This document shows, piece after piece, positions 36,772 to 48,469 of a stretch of 64,000 nt of DNA (position 1 is the first letter of the stretch; each line of letters starts with the position of its first letter). The notes below the pieces were generated by a model. The model did not search any database. It had not been told where the DNA came from and saw only the letters and a program-made list of their open reading frames with translations. Both the position numbers and the translations under genes were made by a program. This DNA comes from an uncultured Chitinophagaceae bacterium (lineage in GTDB: Bacteria; Planctomycetota; Planctomycetia; Pirellulales; UBA1268): positions 8,858-72,857 of the forward strand of contig CAZRKH010000082.1 of assembly GCA_964600785.1 (NCBI GenBank). Reading direction: 5' to 3'.

Positions 36772-37041
36772 GGCCCGCAGGTTCTTGTGAACGATCCCAA
36801 TCGGAAGCCGATGGCGTTCGGCTTCTCTGGCCGGCGGCGGCGTCCGGGGGTGGTTGCGGCACTCTCGGTCCCGTCGCCGGCCCTCTTTGTCGCTCCCGGT
36901 TTGCCCGCGACAATCGGTGAAACCACGGTCCTCGTCCGTGGCCGGGAATCGCCGGTTGCAACCCTGGCCGCCGCGTCGTTGAATCGATGGCGATCCGCCG
37001 TGAACAACGCGGCCGTCCTTCGCCCCCCGGACGCTCCTCCC

Positions 37042-39506
37042 GTGTCGCAGCCTGCCGCCCCGCCGCCGGCCACACCCGTCGACTTCGAGGGGCTCGGGGT
37101 GTTTTACATGGGTGAGCGGGTCGATCCTGACTCGGGTCGTGGCCTCGCCGAGCCGGTGCTCCTCAAGGCCAAGCGGCTGTGCACCCATGCGGTCTGCGTG
37201 GGCATGACCGGCAGCGGCAAGACGGGCCTCCTGGTGGGCCTGCTCGAGGAGGCCGCCCTCGACGGCATCCCCGCGGTGGTGATCGACCCCAAGGGCGACC
37301 TCGGCAGTCTGCTGCTCTCCTTTCCCGACCTCGCCCCGGAAAGCTTCCGGCCATGGGTCGATCCCGATGCGGCTCGCCGCGAAGGACTCTCGGTGGAGGA
37401 GCTCGCCGGGCAGACGGCCGCCCGCTGGAGCGAGGGCCTGGCCGCCTCCGGACAGTCGGCCGAACGCATCGCCCGTCTCCGGCAAAGCGTCGAGATGGCG
37501 ATCTACACCCCCGGCAGCCGGGCCGGCCGACCGCTGGCGATGCTCGGCAGCCTCGACCCGCCGACCGAGGCGGTCCGCAACGACCCGGAGCGGCTCCGCG
37601 AGCGGCTCGACTCGGTGGCTTCGGGCATTCTGGCCCTGGCCGGCATCGACGCCGAACCGGGCCGCAGCCGCGAGCATGTGCTGCTGTGCACCGTGATCGA
37701 CGCACTCTGGAAGACGGGCCGTCCGCTGAGCCTTGGCGAACTGATTCGGGCCCTGCCGGCGCCGCCGGTGGAGCGGGTCGGCTTCTTTGAACTGGAGCAC
37801 TTCTACCCCGCCGCCGACCGGTTCGAATTGGCCGGCCGGCTGAATTTGGTCGCCGCCTCGCCCGGTTTTGAGGCCCGGCTCGAGGGGGAGCCGGCCGACA
37901 TTGGGCGGCTGCTGTGGACCCCCGCGGGCCGGCCGCGGGTGAGTATTGTCTCGATCGCCCATCTCTCCGACGCCGAACGGATGGCGTTTGTCACGCTGCT
38001 CGCCGGTCAGGCCGTCTCCTGGATGCGGTCGCAGCGGGGCACCTCGTCGCTGCGGGCGATCTTCATGATGGACGAGGTCTTCGGCTACCTGCCGCCCTCG
38101 GCCAACCCGCCGAGCAAACTGCCGATGCTGACGCTGCTCAAGCAGGCCCGAGCCTTCGGCCTGGGCGTCGTACTGGCCACGCAGAATCCGGTCGACCTCG
38201 ACTACAAGGGCCTCTCCAACGCCGGCACCTGGTTTCTGGGCCGGCTGCAGACCGCGCGAGACAAGGCCCGCGTGGTCGACGGGCTCGAAGGGGCCGCGGC
38301 AGCCGCCGGCGACACGCTCGACCGCGGCCGGCTCGACCGGCTGCTCTCGGGACTCGGCAGTCGCACCTTCCTGCTGCACAGCGTGCACGACGATGACGAG
38401 ACCGTCTTCCGCACCCGCTGGACGCTCTCCTACCTGCGGGGACCGCTGGCCCGCGAGGAGATTGCCAGGCTCACCCCCAGGGCCGAGCCGGCTGCCGCAG
38501 CCGAGCCGCCCGCGACGGGCAATGATCGTCCGGCTGGCTCGTCCGGCGGGCCGCGGCCGGTCCTGCCGCCGGGAGTGCGGGAGGTCTTTCTCGCCCCCGC
38601 CGAGCCTCCGATTGGGGCGGTCCTCTACCGCCCTGCCCTCTATGGCCGGGGAAGGATTCGCTTCGCGACCGCCGACGGGGCAGACGGCGGAATCGACATC
38701 AGCCGGCAGTTCGACCTGCTCGCCCCGGCCCCCGAGCAGGCCGCCGACGCCTGGCGGAATGCGGCGGCCCTCGACGAGGGGCCGATGCTGGAGCCTTCCG
38801 CCCGAGAGGGCGACTTCGCTTCGCTGCCTTCGATCCTTGCCGGGCCCAAGGGGCAGGCCTCGCTTGCTACAAGCTTGGCGACGCACCTGGCCCGCACCGG
38901 CCGCCTGCGGCTGTGGAGGTCGGAGCATGCCTCGTCGCTCTCGCGGCCGGGAGAATCCGAAACCGACTATCGCCTGCGGATCGCCCAGGAGGTGCGGGAG
39001 GCCCGCGATGCGGCCATCGAGAAACTACGTGAACGTCATGCGACACAACTCGACCGGCTCGCCGTGAGGATCGACAAGGCCCGGCAGAAGCTCGATCGCG
39101 AACGATCGGCGGCCCGGGGCGGCAGCGTTGCTTCGTGGGTCTCGGTGGGGGTGGCGATTTACGACGTGCTCCGCGGACGTGGTGGCAGCCGCGGGCTCGA
39201 CAAGGTCTCGACCTCGGTGAAGTCGGCCACCAAGGCCTCGCAGCAGCAGGCTGAGGTGACGGCGATGGAGGAGAACATCGACTCGCTCATCGAAGAATCG
39301 GCCCTGCTGCGGGAGGCGATCGAGCGGGAAGTCCGCGGCATCCGCGACGCGATCGATCCCCTCACGATGCCCCTCGAGCCGGTCGAGATCACGCCCCGCA
39401 GTGGCGACGTGGCCGTCGAGGAGGTGGCCATCGCCTGGGTGCCGGATGACCCTGCCGCGGTGATCGCGAGGCTTCGCGAACGCGACACACCGGGCGGACA
39501 GGTCTG

Positions 39507-39507
<1 letters not shown>
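37042..39507 (+). CDS. HerA/FtsK-like ATPase (DUF87/DUF853 type) with a C-terminal coiled coil
   Basis: VGMTGSGKT, VIDPKGD, MDEVFG, LATQNP; start uncertain. Confidence 0.85.
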
Positions 39508-40418
<911 letters not shown>

Positions 40419-40440
40419 GACCGCCGCTTGCCATCTCGGC

Positions 40441-41145
40441 TCAGCGTGGCTTGCGGCGAGCGGGCTTCTCCTGGCCGAGATGCTCCTGCACATGCCGAAT
40501 CGCGCGAGACCGTATTCGGGAAACCGTGCCTTCGCAGACGCCAAGCTTCGCGGCGATCTCGGCCTGCGTGTCACCATCGGCGAGCAACGTGAGCACCTCT
40601 CGACTGCGTTCGTCGAGGAAGCCCAGGACTCGATCAAATGTCTCCCGACGCGACGTAAACTGGAAATGAACGGGCATCTCGTGCCTCTCAGCGAGCTTGT
40701 CGAGCGGAATTGCCGTGTCACGGCGGCGCTGACGGGCAATATCTGCGGCGCGGCTGCGGGCGAGCCAGCGGACATACGCCCGGCCGCTGTCGTGCCGGCA
40801 GGCGGTGGTGCCACCACGACCGCGGTGATGTTTCAGGGGTTCGAACGCCGCGACCGGCAGTTCCTCATCGCCGCAGCCGGCCAGCCGGCGAAGGTGGTCG
40901 AGCACGAGCGAGAGCACATCGTCGACGGCGTTGAGGTCGCGAATGTCGTATTTCAGGAGCGTCTGTCGCGATGCGGCTTTGATCAGCCCGCTCACACGGT
41001 GAACGATCTCGTCAAATACCTGCTCCGCGCGGCTGGCCTGCCAGGCCTCGAGCAGCCGCTCAACCCCACCGTCATCCTCGCGGTCTCCCGCGGGCGGTGT
41101 CTGGTGGTGGCCGCGAGGTCGTGCGTCCCCTTGCTTGCCGTCCAT
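40441..41145 (-). CDS. ECF-type sigma-70 factor (divergent)
   Basis: AVDDVL, YVRWLARSRAADIAR (region 2), TQAEIAAKLGVCEGTVSR (region 4 HTH). Confidence 0.75.
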   Translation of the reverse strand: MDGKQGDARPRGHHQTPPAGDREDDGGVERLLEAWQASRAEQVFDEIVHRVSGLIKAASRQTLLKYDIRDLNAVDDVLSLVLDHLRRLAGCGDEELPVAAFEPLKHHRGRGGTTACRHDSGRAYVRWLARSRAADIARQRRRDTAIPLDKLAERHEMPVHFQFTSRRETFDRVLGFLDERSREVLTLLADGDTQAEIAAKLGVCEGTVSRIRSRAIRHVQEHLGQEKPARRKPR

Positions 41146-41401
41146 GGCTTGTCTTCGCTGGTTGCGGTGAAGGCATTCCGCGACACTCTATGCAGGTTCG
41201 TCACACGAACGACCCTCGTATCACAGGCCCTCGGCACCTTTGGTCCATGCCCATCGACGCTGAGCAGCCGGCAGGGAAGGATCCGGGATTCCCGATCGCC
41301 GCGCAAGATGCCGGCTGTCGGCAGCGTAGAACTGGAAACGGGGGCGTCAGGCGGATGCCCTCTGTGTGATCCGGGGTTTGCATCAGCAAAGGAGGGCTGT
41401 C

Positions 41402-41869
41402 ATGCCTGTTGATCTGGCGGAGTGTGGATTGATACTCAAAGGTGACGGGGTGCGGCATCATCTCGACGCCAGGGCGGGTGTGATCTGGGTGGTGCTGGTC
41501 ACGCGGCAGTACTGCAATGCCCGAGGGGAGCGGCTGGTGGTGGCCGGCATTGAAACCCCCGACGAGGGCCATCGCTGCCGGGTCTCAATCCCGCATGCGT
41601 TCGCGCCACGGCCGGGTGGCGGAATCGATGAGCTTTTTCTGGCGGCCTGCCGACTCGCGGCCGAAATGCCGCTGGTGAAGGTTGAGTGTGATCCGCGACG
41701 CTCCGGCTTGGGGCTCGCCTGCGAACTGCCGGTCGAGGACGGCGGCGTCACTGCCTTGCAGTTGCTCTCAATGCTCGATCGGCTGATCGAGGCGGCCGAG
41801 TCTTGGTATCCCAAACTCGCGAACCCACCGGCCGGCGACACCGCGAAAACACTGCGGCGTTCGGCCTGA
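41402..41869 (+). CDS. Hypothetical protein, YbjN/chaperone-like candidate
   Basis: GGAGG RBS; ELPVEDG.VT..QL..MLDRL pattern. Confidence 0.55.
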   Translation: MPVDLAECGLILKGDGVRHHLDARAGVIWVVLVTRQYCNARGERLVVAGIETPDEGHRCRVSIPHAFAPRPGGGIDELFLAACRLAAEMPLVKVECDPRRSGLGLACELPVEDGGVTALQLLSMLDRLIEAAESWYPKLANPPAGDTAKTLRRSA

Positions 41870-41959
41870 GGGAACAATCCCTCGCTGGCCGAAGACCATC
41901 TCTCACCTGTGACCAACCGTGCCGCGCATTGTGACTACCGTGATCGTAGAAAGGGCGTC

Positions 41960-42781
41960 ATGGCAGGTAAATTTTCGCGACATGAGCAGTTTCTCCGCAT
42001 CTTCACCCTTTTGGAAGTCCTCAATTCCGCCAAGCAGCCGCTCAGCGATGATGTGCTGATCAACGCCCTGCGAGACCGCCTGGGTCTCTCGAATCTTTCG
42101 TCGCGAACCCTCCGCCGCGACTGCGACTTCCTCATTTCCTGCGGCTATCCGCTGGACAGGGTTCCGATCAACTCAAGCCGCAGGACGGGCTGGATGCTCG
42201 ACGAAAACAACATTCCTTCGAGAAAAATCTTTGCCGAGCCGCTGACCCTGCTCGAGTTGGTCGCCAGCGAGATCAGCCGCGAGCTGATGAAACCCTTCAT
42301 CGGCACCGTGCTCTGGACCGGCATCGAGTCGCTCTCCAATCGCCTGATGCGGACCCTGCCGGAAAGCCTGCGTTCACAGCTTGCCAGACAACGCGAGGCA
42401 ATTTACGTGCACCATGTCGAACCGCCCCGCCACAGTGAGCGGCCGCGGCTGATCTCGACACTCCATGCCGCGATCGTGGATTGCCGCGTGATCAACCTGA
42501 AGCTCAAGACGGCGGGGTCGCAGCCGCTGCGTCCGCAGGTGCTTGTGCTCACCGGAGGAAGCATCCTGCTGGTCGGACTCCACGACAACGCGGGCAGCAA
42601 TGGCGACGACAAGCCGGTGGTGATTCCTCTGGAGCAGATCGAGACGGTGAAGCTGCTCGACCGCACGTTCCTGCCCGATGAGGTCAAGGTGCCCCGGTCC
42701 GCCCTGGTGGCGGCCGCGGTCGACGGCAGGCCGGGGGTCAGCGGCTATCCCGCACGTAGCGATGGCATTGCACGCACTTGA
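41960..42781 (+). CDS. HTH-WYL family transcriptional regulator (degenerate)
   Basis: SSRTLRRDCDFL wHTH; LHAAIVDCRVINL..LRPQVL..IPLEQIETVKLLDRTF WYL-type core. Confidence 0.75.
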   Translation: MAGKFSRHEQFLRIFTLLEVLNSAKQPLSDDVLINALRDRLGLSNLSSRTLRRDCDFLISCGYPLDRVPINSSRRTGWMLDENNIPSRKIFAEPLTLLELVASEISRELMKPFIGTVLWTGIESLSNRLMRTLPESLRSQLARQREAIYVHHVEPPRHSERPRLISTLHAAIVDCRVINLKLKTAGSQPLRPQVLVLTGGSILLVGLHDNAGSNGDDKPVVIPLEQIETVKLLDRTFLPDEVKVPRSALVAAAVDGRPGVSGYPARSDGIART

Positions 42782-43160
42782 GCGTGACTTCCATCCAGGC
42801 CAGCGTGGCGGCATCGAGGTTGCGGGCCTTTGCCGCATCGCGAAGCGTGATGCAGGCCCGACGAAACTCGCCGCTCTCGCGGGCGTATTGCTCGGTCTGC
42901 AGCACCTGCCAGCTGGCGGCCTGGCTGGCCAGGGCGAGAGCCTGGGCAGCCCGGGCGAGCTTGTCGTAGTCTTCGACGGCGAGTCCCTCGAGCACCATCT
43001 CGGAGTGGTCGAGCTTGACCCGCATGAACTCCGCCACCCGATTGGCCGCGAGCGGGTCGTCGGTCTCGTCGGCTGTCGTCGGGCTCATCGAGATTGCGAA
43101 GCAGCCGGCCAGCGATGCCGCGGCGAGGCCGGCGAGATGCGGCCGCAAGAAAGATTTCAT
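42738..43160 (-). CDS. Periplasmic c-type cytochrome with C-terminal CxxCH (class II/c'-like)
   Basis: Signal peptide, helical sequence, CVQCH near the C-terminus. Confidence 0.75.
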   Translation of the reverse strand: MKSFLRPHLAGLAAASLAGCFAISMSPTTADETDDPLAANRVAEFMRVKLDHSEMVLEGLAVEDYDKLARAAQALALASQAASWQVLQTEQYARESGEFRRACITLRDAAKARNLDAATLAWMEVTLKCVQCHRYVRDSR

Positions 43161-43189
43161 CGATTGCACTCCGGTGTCGGCGGTCGCGA

Positions 43190-43678
43190 TCACTCGGTCA
43201 GGCCGAGATCCTCGTTGTAGCCCTGTTGGACGATCATGTTTTCGTGCCGTTCGTGGTCGACGAGGTGCAAAGAAAAAGACTCGAACGCCTCGGCAAGTCC
43301 TCGCCAATCCTCGGCCGCACTATCGCCCAGAGGCAGCCGTTCGATCAAGTTGGCAAATCGGACGGCCAGGGCGTCGAGTTCGGCAAGCAGGCCGGAGTGT
43401 TCCGCAAGCAGCGACCGCACCTCGCCGGAAAGCCGCGGCAGACGAGTCTGGGACTCCTCGAGAAAGCCGCCCTCCTCTTCTCTGCGGAAGTGGTCGCCGA
43501 GATGGTCGCGGAGGTCGGCGAGTCGGTCTTTGAGCCGTTCGCAGTCGGCGGCGGTGGGCGGTCGGCCGCTGGCGGCTCTCAGCGGCTCGCGGACCGCCAC
43601 GATCCGTGCGTGGAGGTCGCGGTGTTCCTTGAGAACGTGCTCGAGGATCACGGGGTCGGGCCGGTCGATTGATGGCAT
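43190..43678 (-). CDS. Hemerythrin domain protein
   Basis: EH, HFRREE, EH and HERHE motifs. Confidence 0.85.
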   Translation of the reverse strand: MPSIDRPDPVILEHVLKEHRDLHARIVAVREPLRAASGRPPTAADCERLKDRLADLRDHLGDHFRREEEGGFLEESQTRLPRLSGEVRSLLAEHSGLLAELDALAVRFANLIERLPLGDSAAEDWRGLAEAFESFSLHLVDHERHENMIVQQGYNEDLGLTE

Positions 43679-43925
43679 GGAAAGCCTCGCTGGGCGGTGG
43701 GGAGTGAATGCCTCGGAACGTCCACCGAATCGTATGGAGCCCGCGGGCCGGGCTGCGTGCTGCCGCTGAAATCAGGGCAGCAGACACTCTGTGCCTGCGG
43801 CGTAGGCCGGTTGCGCCGCAACCGGCTGCCGGTGTAGACTCAAGGCCCGACCGAAAGCCCCGGCCTTGAATCCGGGCCTTCTGCACCGCTTTCGTCGCAG
43901 CACGTTCAGGAAGGATCTCAAACCG

Positions 43926-45587
43926 ATGGCGTCGTACGACTCAAAGAGAAGCCGGTGGGCCGCGGTGGTCGCCGGGCTGCTTCTCCTGGCGGGTGGCCGG
44001 GCAACTCTCGCCCAACGTGTCGAGGTCGAGGAGTTCAGGCTCGAGAACGGCATGGAGTTTTTGCTCGTGCCGCGAAGCGACCAGCCCAACGTGGTCAGCG
44101 CCGGCTGGGTGGCCCGCGTGGGGAGCGTCAACGAGCGGCCCGGGGTTACCGGGATCAGCCATTTCTTCGAGCACATGATGTTCAAGGGCACGACCACCAT
44201 CGGCACCCGTGATCCCGCCCGCGATGCTGACTATCGCCGCGAGCAGCGGCAGGTTCGCGACCGCATCAACGAGCTGGTCTGGGGCGAGCAGTATGAGCGG
44301 TTTCGTCGTGGAGAGATCGATGACCCATGGGATCCGGCCAACGATTCGCCCGAACTGCGGGCCCTCCGCGGCAAACTCGACGGTCTCCTGCGGCAGCAGC
44401 AGGGCCGTGGCCTTGCCGAGGAAATCGCCGAGGTCCGTCGCACGCTCGCCGCGGCCGATGGGGATGCCGAAGCCGCCGCTTCGCTGACCGCCCGCCTGGC
44501 AGAGCTCGAGCAGAAGCAGGCCGAGGCGGCGACGATCGTGAAGGACGAGTTTGACGAGGTCTATACCCGGGCCGGCGGCAGCGGGATGAACGCCTTCACC
44601 AGCCACGACCTGACCTGCTACTTCATCACGATCCCCTCCAACAAGCTCGAGCTCTGGGCCTGGATGGAGAGCGACCGGCTCCACGACAGCGTGTTTCGCG
44701 AGTTTTACTCCGAGCGGGACGTGGTCCATGAGGAGCGGCGGCTGCGGACCGAGAGCACCCCAACCGGCCGCTTTCAGGAGCAGTTTGACGCGATGTTTTG
44801 GGTTTCCAGCGGCTATGCCTGGCCGGTGATCGGCTGGCCGAGCGATCTCAACAGCTACACCTTCGAGCAGGCGGTCGACTACTGGAATACCTACTACCGC
44901 CCCGGCAACCTCTTCGGCGTGCTCGTGGGCGACTTCGATCCGACCGAGGCAAAGCAGCTGATCCGGCAGTATTTCTCCCGGCTCGAACCGGGCGAGGAGG
45001 AGCCGCAGCCGGTGGTGACCCTCGAGATCGAGCAGCTCGCCGAGCAGCGGATGAACGCCGAAGGCGACGTGCCGCCGTCGGTCGAAATCCGCTACCACAC
45101 CGTGCCGGCAGGCCATGCCGACAGCTACGCTCTCGACATGCTCGCCGAACTGCTCAACGATCGCACCGGCCGGCTCTACAAGGGCCTTGTCGAGGGCCGG
45201 GGCATCGCGGCATCGGCCCGGGCCTCCTCCGACACCCGCCGGTACGCCGGGATGTTCGCGATCGAGGCGGAGGCCCGCGGCGAGGCCACGCCGGAGGAGC
45301 TCGAGCAGGCCTGGTATCAGGAACTCGCCAAGCTGCAGCAGACCGACGTGCCGCCACGGGAGCTGGAGAAGGTGAAAAACCGGGTGGCAGCCGACAGCTA
45401 CCGCCGGCTGCGGAGCAACATGTCGCTTTTGATCCAGCTCGCCTTCTACGAGACACTCGTCGACTGGCGGGAGATCAACGAGACGCCCCGCCGCTACGAG
45501 CAGGTCACCGCGGCCGATGTCCGCCGCGTGGCAAACGAGTATTTTGATCCCGCCAATCGCAGTGTGGCGACCTTCCGCCGCAAGTGA
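43926..45587 (+). CDS. M16 zinc peptidase, catalytic subunit
   Basis: GISHFFEHMMFKGT (HxxEH), NAFTS, ERDVVHEE. Confidence 0.92.
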   Translation: MASYDSKRSRWAAVVAGLLLLAGGRATLAQRVEVEEFRLENGMEFLLVPRSDQPNVVSAGWVARVGSVNERPGVTGISHFFEHMMFKGTTTIGTRDPARDADYRREQRQVRDRINELVWGEQYERFRRGEIDDPWDPANDSPELRALRGKLDGLLRQQQGRGLAEEIAEVRRTLAAADGDAEAAASLTARLAELEQKQAEAATIVKDEFDEVYTRAGGSGMNAFTSHDLTCYFITIPSNKLELWAWMESDRLHDSVFREFYSERDVVHEERRLRTESTPTGRFQEQFDAMFWVSSGYAWPVIGWPSDLNSYTFEQAVDYWNTYYRPGNLFGVLVGDFDPTEAKQLIRQYFSRLEPGEEEPQPVVTLEIEQLAEQRMNAEGDVPPSVEIRYHTVPAGHADSYALDMLAELLNDRTGRLYKGLVEGRGIAASARASSDTRRYAGMFAIEAEARGEATPEELEQAWYQELAKLQQTDVPPRELEKVKNRVAADSYRRLRSNMSLLIQLAFYETLVDWREINETPRRYEQVTAADVRRVANEYFDPANRSVATFRRK

Positions 45588-47233
45588 GCGGCTGCCCCCC
45601 GACGCCCCACCTTTCGGAGAACCACCTGATGAATGCACGCCATGTGGCGATCGTTCTGGCATTGGGCATCGTGGCGATCGCGCTGGTCAACGCCCGCCCA
45701 GATCCGAAACCGCCACTCCCGCCCGAGCCCGCGGCGGGAAAGAAAGCCGCCGCCATCGAAGACCGGCAGGCCGGGGGTGGCACCGCCGGCTCGGCGGGAT
45801 TGCCGGTGCGGCCGGAGGAGATCGTCTTTGATCCGCTGGAGTTCGCGCCGCCCGTGGCGGCCGACTACCGCCACGAACTGCCCGACGGCACGGTTGTCTA
45901 TCTCGCCGAATCACACGAATTTCCGCTCGTTGATCTGACCATCAGCTTCAAGGGGGGCGACTCGCTCGACCCGGCCGACTGTCCCGGGCTGGCCTCGACG
46001 ATGGCCTCGATGATGCGGGAGGGCGGGGCCGGCGACCTGGGCCCCGAAGCCTTCGACGAAACACTCGACTTTCTGGCGACCGACATCTCGGCATCCGCCT
46101 CGGGCAGCTTCACCACCGTCTCGATGAACTGCCTGGCCCGCACGTTCGACGAGAGCCTGCGGCTGCTGCTGCTCATGCTCCGCGAACCCCGCTTCGACAG
46201 CCAGCGGCTGGCCACCCGCAAGGCCCGGCTGGTGGCGATGATGAAGCAGCGGAACGACGACGGCTCGGCGATCCTCGGCCGTGAATGGCGGGCCTTGCTT
46301 TTCGGCCGCGACCATTTCGAGGGCAGCCAGCCGACCGTTGCCTCGGTGGAATCGGTCACGCCCGAGCGGCTTGCCGAGTTCCACCGACGGGTGATCCACC
46401 CCGGCAACATGATCGTGGCGGTTTCGGGCGATTGTAACGCGGAGGAAATGCTCGCCTCGCTGGAGCGGGCGTTTGCCGGTTGGGAACGTGGGGAGCCCGC
46501 CGCCGACCCGCCCCTTCCCGATCACCAGTTCGAGCCGGGCCTCTACCACGTGCCCAAGGAGATCCCCCAGGGCAAGGTGGCGATCGGCATGCGGTCGATC
46601 GAGCGGGACGATCCCGACGCGATTCCGCTGGCGGTGCTCAATGACATTCTTGGCGGAGGCGGCTTCACCAGCCGGATCATGCGGAGCGTGCGAAGCAACG
46701 AGGGGCTCGCCTATTCCGCCGGCTCACGGCTGTCACCGCGGGTGGAGTACCCCGGCGACTTCCGCGCGGGATTTGAGAGCAAGAACCCCACCGTGGCGCT
46801 GGCCGCGAAGATCATCCGCGATGAGATCGAGCAGATCCGGGAGGAGCCGGTCTCCGAGCAGGAACTCGAAACGGCCAAACGGAGCCTGGTCGAGACCTTT
46901 CCGCGGTACTTCGAGAGCCGTCCGCAGATGCTCTCGGTCTTTGTCAACGACGAATGGACCGAGCGGCCGCTCGACCACTGGCAGACCTACCGCCAGCGGG
47001 TCGAGGCGGTGACTGCCGAGGACGTGCAGCGGGTCGCACGGGAGCATCTTGATCCGGAGAAGATGGCGATCCTCGTGGTGGGTGACTGGAGCGAGATCGC
47101 TCCGGGCGACCTCGACGGCCGGGCGAGCATGGACGAGTTCTTCGGCGGCGAGGTGACCCACCTGCCGCTGCGGGATCCGCTGACCCTCGAGCCCCTCGAG
47201 CCGGCGGCCGAGCCCGCCGGTGAAAGCGGGTAG
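45584..47233 (+). CDS. M16 peptidase, non-catalytic partner subunit
   Basis: No HxxEH; ILGGGGFTSR..VRSNEGLAYS; start 45584 or 45629. Confidence 0.88.
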   Translation: MSGCPPTPHLSENHLMNARHVAIVLALGIVAIALVNARPDPKPPLPPEPAAGKKAAAIEDRQAGGGTAGSAGLPVRPEEIVFDPLEFAPPVAADYRHELPDGTVVYLAESHEFPLVDLTISFKGGDSLDPADCPGLASTMASMMREGGAGDLGPEAFDETLDFLATDISASASGSFTTVSMNCLARTFDESLRLLLLMLREPRFDSQRLATRKARLVAMMKQRNDDGSAILGREWRALLFGRDHFEGSQPTVASVESVTPERLAEFHRRVIHPGNMIVAVSGDCNAEEMLASLERAFAGWERGEPAADPPLPDHQFEPGLYHVPKEIPQGKVAIGMRSIERDDPDAIPLAVLNDILGGGGFTSRIMRSVRSNEGLAYSAGSRLSPRVEYPGDFRAGFESKNPTVALAAKIIRDEIEQIREEPVSEQELETAKRSLVETFPRYFESRPQMLSVFVNDEWTERPLDHWQTYRQRVEAVTAEDVQRVAREHLDPEKMAILVVGDWSEIAPGDLDGRASMDEFFGGEVTHLPLRDPLTLEPLEPAAEPAGESG

Positions 47234-47256
47234 CCATCTCGGCGCGGTATCTTGCC

Positions 47257-48333
47257 GTGATGTCCGCCGACGATGCCACCCTTGACGATGCACGGCCCGC
47301 CGAGGTGCATGCCTTGGCGATCGCCCGCGAATTGCCGGGCGAGCGGATCGTCTGCACGAGCCTCGGCTGGGCCCAGGCGGCCAGAACGCTCGCCGCCGAC
47401 AGGCCCTCCGCCTGCGTCACCGCCTGGTTCCTCGATCTCTACCGGCTCGAGCGAGCCCGCGAGGCGTCCCTCGCCGATGCGGCCGAACCGACGACTGTCT
47501 TCATTTGCACCCCCGACATGCCCCCGGGGCCGTTTGATATCGTCGTGCTGCCCTTTGCTGTCGATGGTGAGGCGGAGCTGACACGGGACCTGATCCAGCA
47601 GGCGATGCAACGGCTGCGGATTGGCGGAAGGCTGGTGGCCGCAATCGACAATCCTCGCGACACATGGCTGCGAGAACAGCTTGCGGCCACCGGCGAGCGG
47701 GTTCGCGTGAGGCCCGACGAGTCAAGCCGGGCCGCCGGCGTCGCCTACCTTCTCGAGAAGACCGCCGAGCCGAAGCGGATCCGCGACTTCCGTTGCAGCT
47801 TCCGTTTTCGCGACCGGGGTCGTCTGCTCGAGGCGGTCAGCCGACCGGGCGTGTTTGCCCACCGCCGGATCGACCCGGCCGCCCGCCACCTGCTCAACGC
47901 CGTCGATGTCGCCCCCGGCACCCACGTGCTCGACATCGGCTGTGGATCCGGCTGCGTCGCGATCGGCATCGCCGCCCGTGACGAGCAGGTCAGGGTGCAT
48001 GCCATCGATTCGGCCGCCCGGGCGGTCGAGTGCACCCGCGAGGGCGTGGCCCGCAACGGCCTGGCCAACGTCACCGTGGCCCTGGAGGCGGCCGGCCGCG
48101 TGCCCGATCCGGGCAATTACGACCTCGTGCTCGCCAATCCGCCCTACTACGCCGGCCACCGCATCTCTGAGCGGTTCGTGGAGGCTGCCTGGGAGGCCCT
48201 CGCCCCCGGCGGCACGCTGCTGCTGGCCACCAAGAAGCCACGCTGGTATCGCGAGACGCTGCCGCAGCGGTGGCGGGACGTCGCCGAGGAATACGTCAAA
48301 AAGTACCACCTCATCGAGGCGGTACGGCCCTGA
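47257..48333 (+). CDS. Class I SAM methyltransferase (RsmC/MTS-like)
   Basis: PGVFAH..ID, LDIGCGSG, ANPPYY. Confidence 0.85.
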   Translation: MMSADDATLDDARPAEVHALAIARELPGERIVCTSLGWAQAARTLAADRPSACVTAWFLDLYRLERAREASLADAAEPTTVFICTPDMPPGPFDIVVLPFAVDGEAELTRDLIQQAMQRLRIGGRLVAAIDNPRDTWLREQLAATGERVRVRPDESSRAAGVAYLLEKTAEPKRIRDFRCSFRFRDRGRLLEAVSRPGVFAHRRIDPAARHLLNAVDVAPGTHVLDIGCGSGCVAIGIAARDEQVRVHAIDSAARAVECTREGVARNGLANVTVALEAAGRVPDPGNYDLVLANPPYYAGHRISERFVEAAWEALAPGGTLLLATKKPRWYRETLPQRWRDVAEEYVKKYHLIEAVRP

Positions 48334-48469
48334 GCCAACGCCAGCGAGAAGATCGGCTCAACTTTCGGCCCCTCTCGGCCCGAAATCAGTTTGGCAGCCT
48401 TTACCCCACCAGAGAGGGGAATAGCTTTCGCCGGCTGACAGGCCCTCGGCACGCGGGAGGACGACCTGG

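Noticed and set aside
43801-43826. CGTAGGCCGG plus hairpin before the M16 gene as another leader copy
   Set aside because: Lacks the upstream CGGAAGACG block and the U-tract
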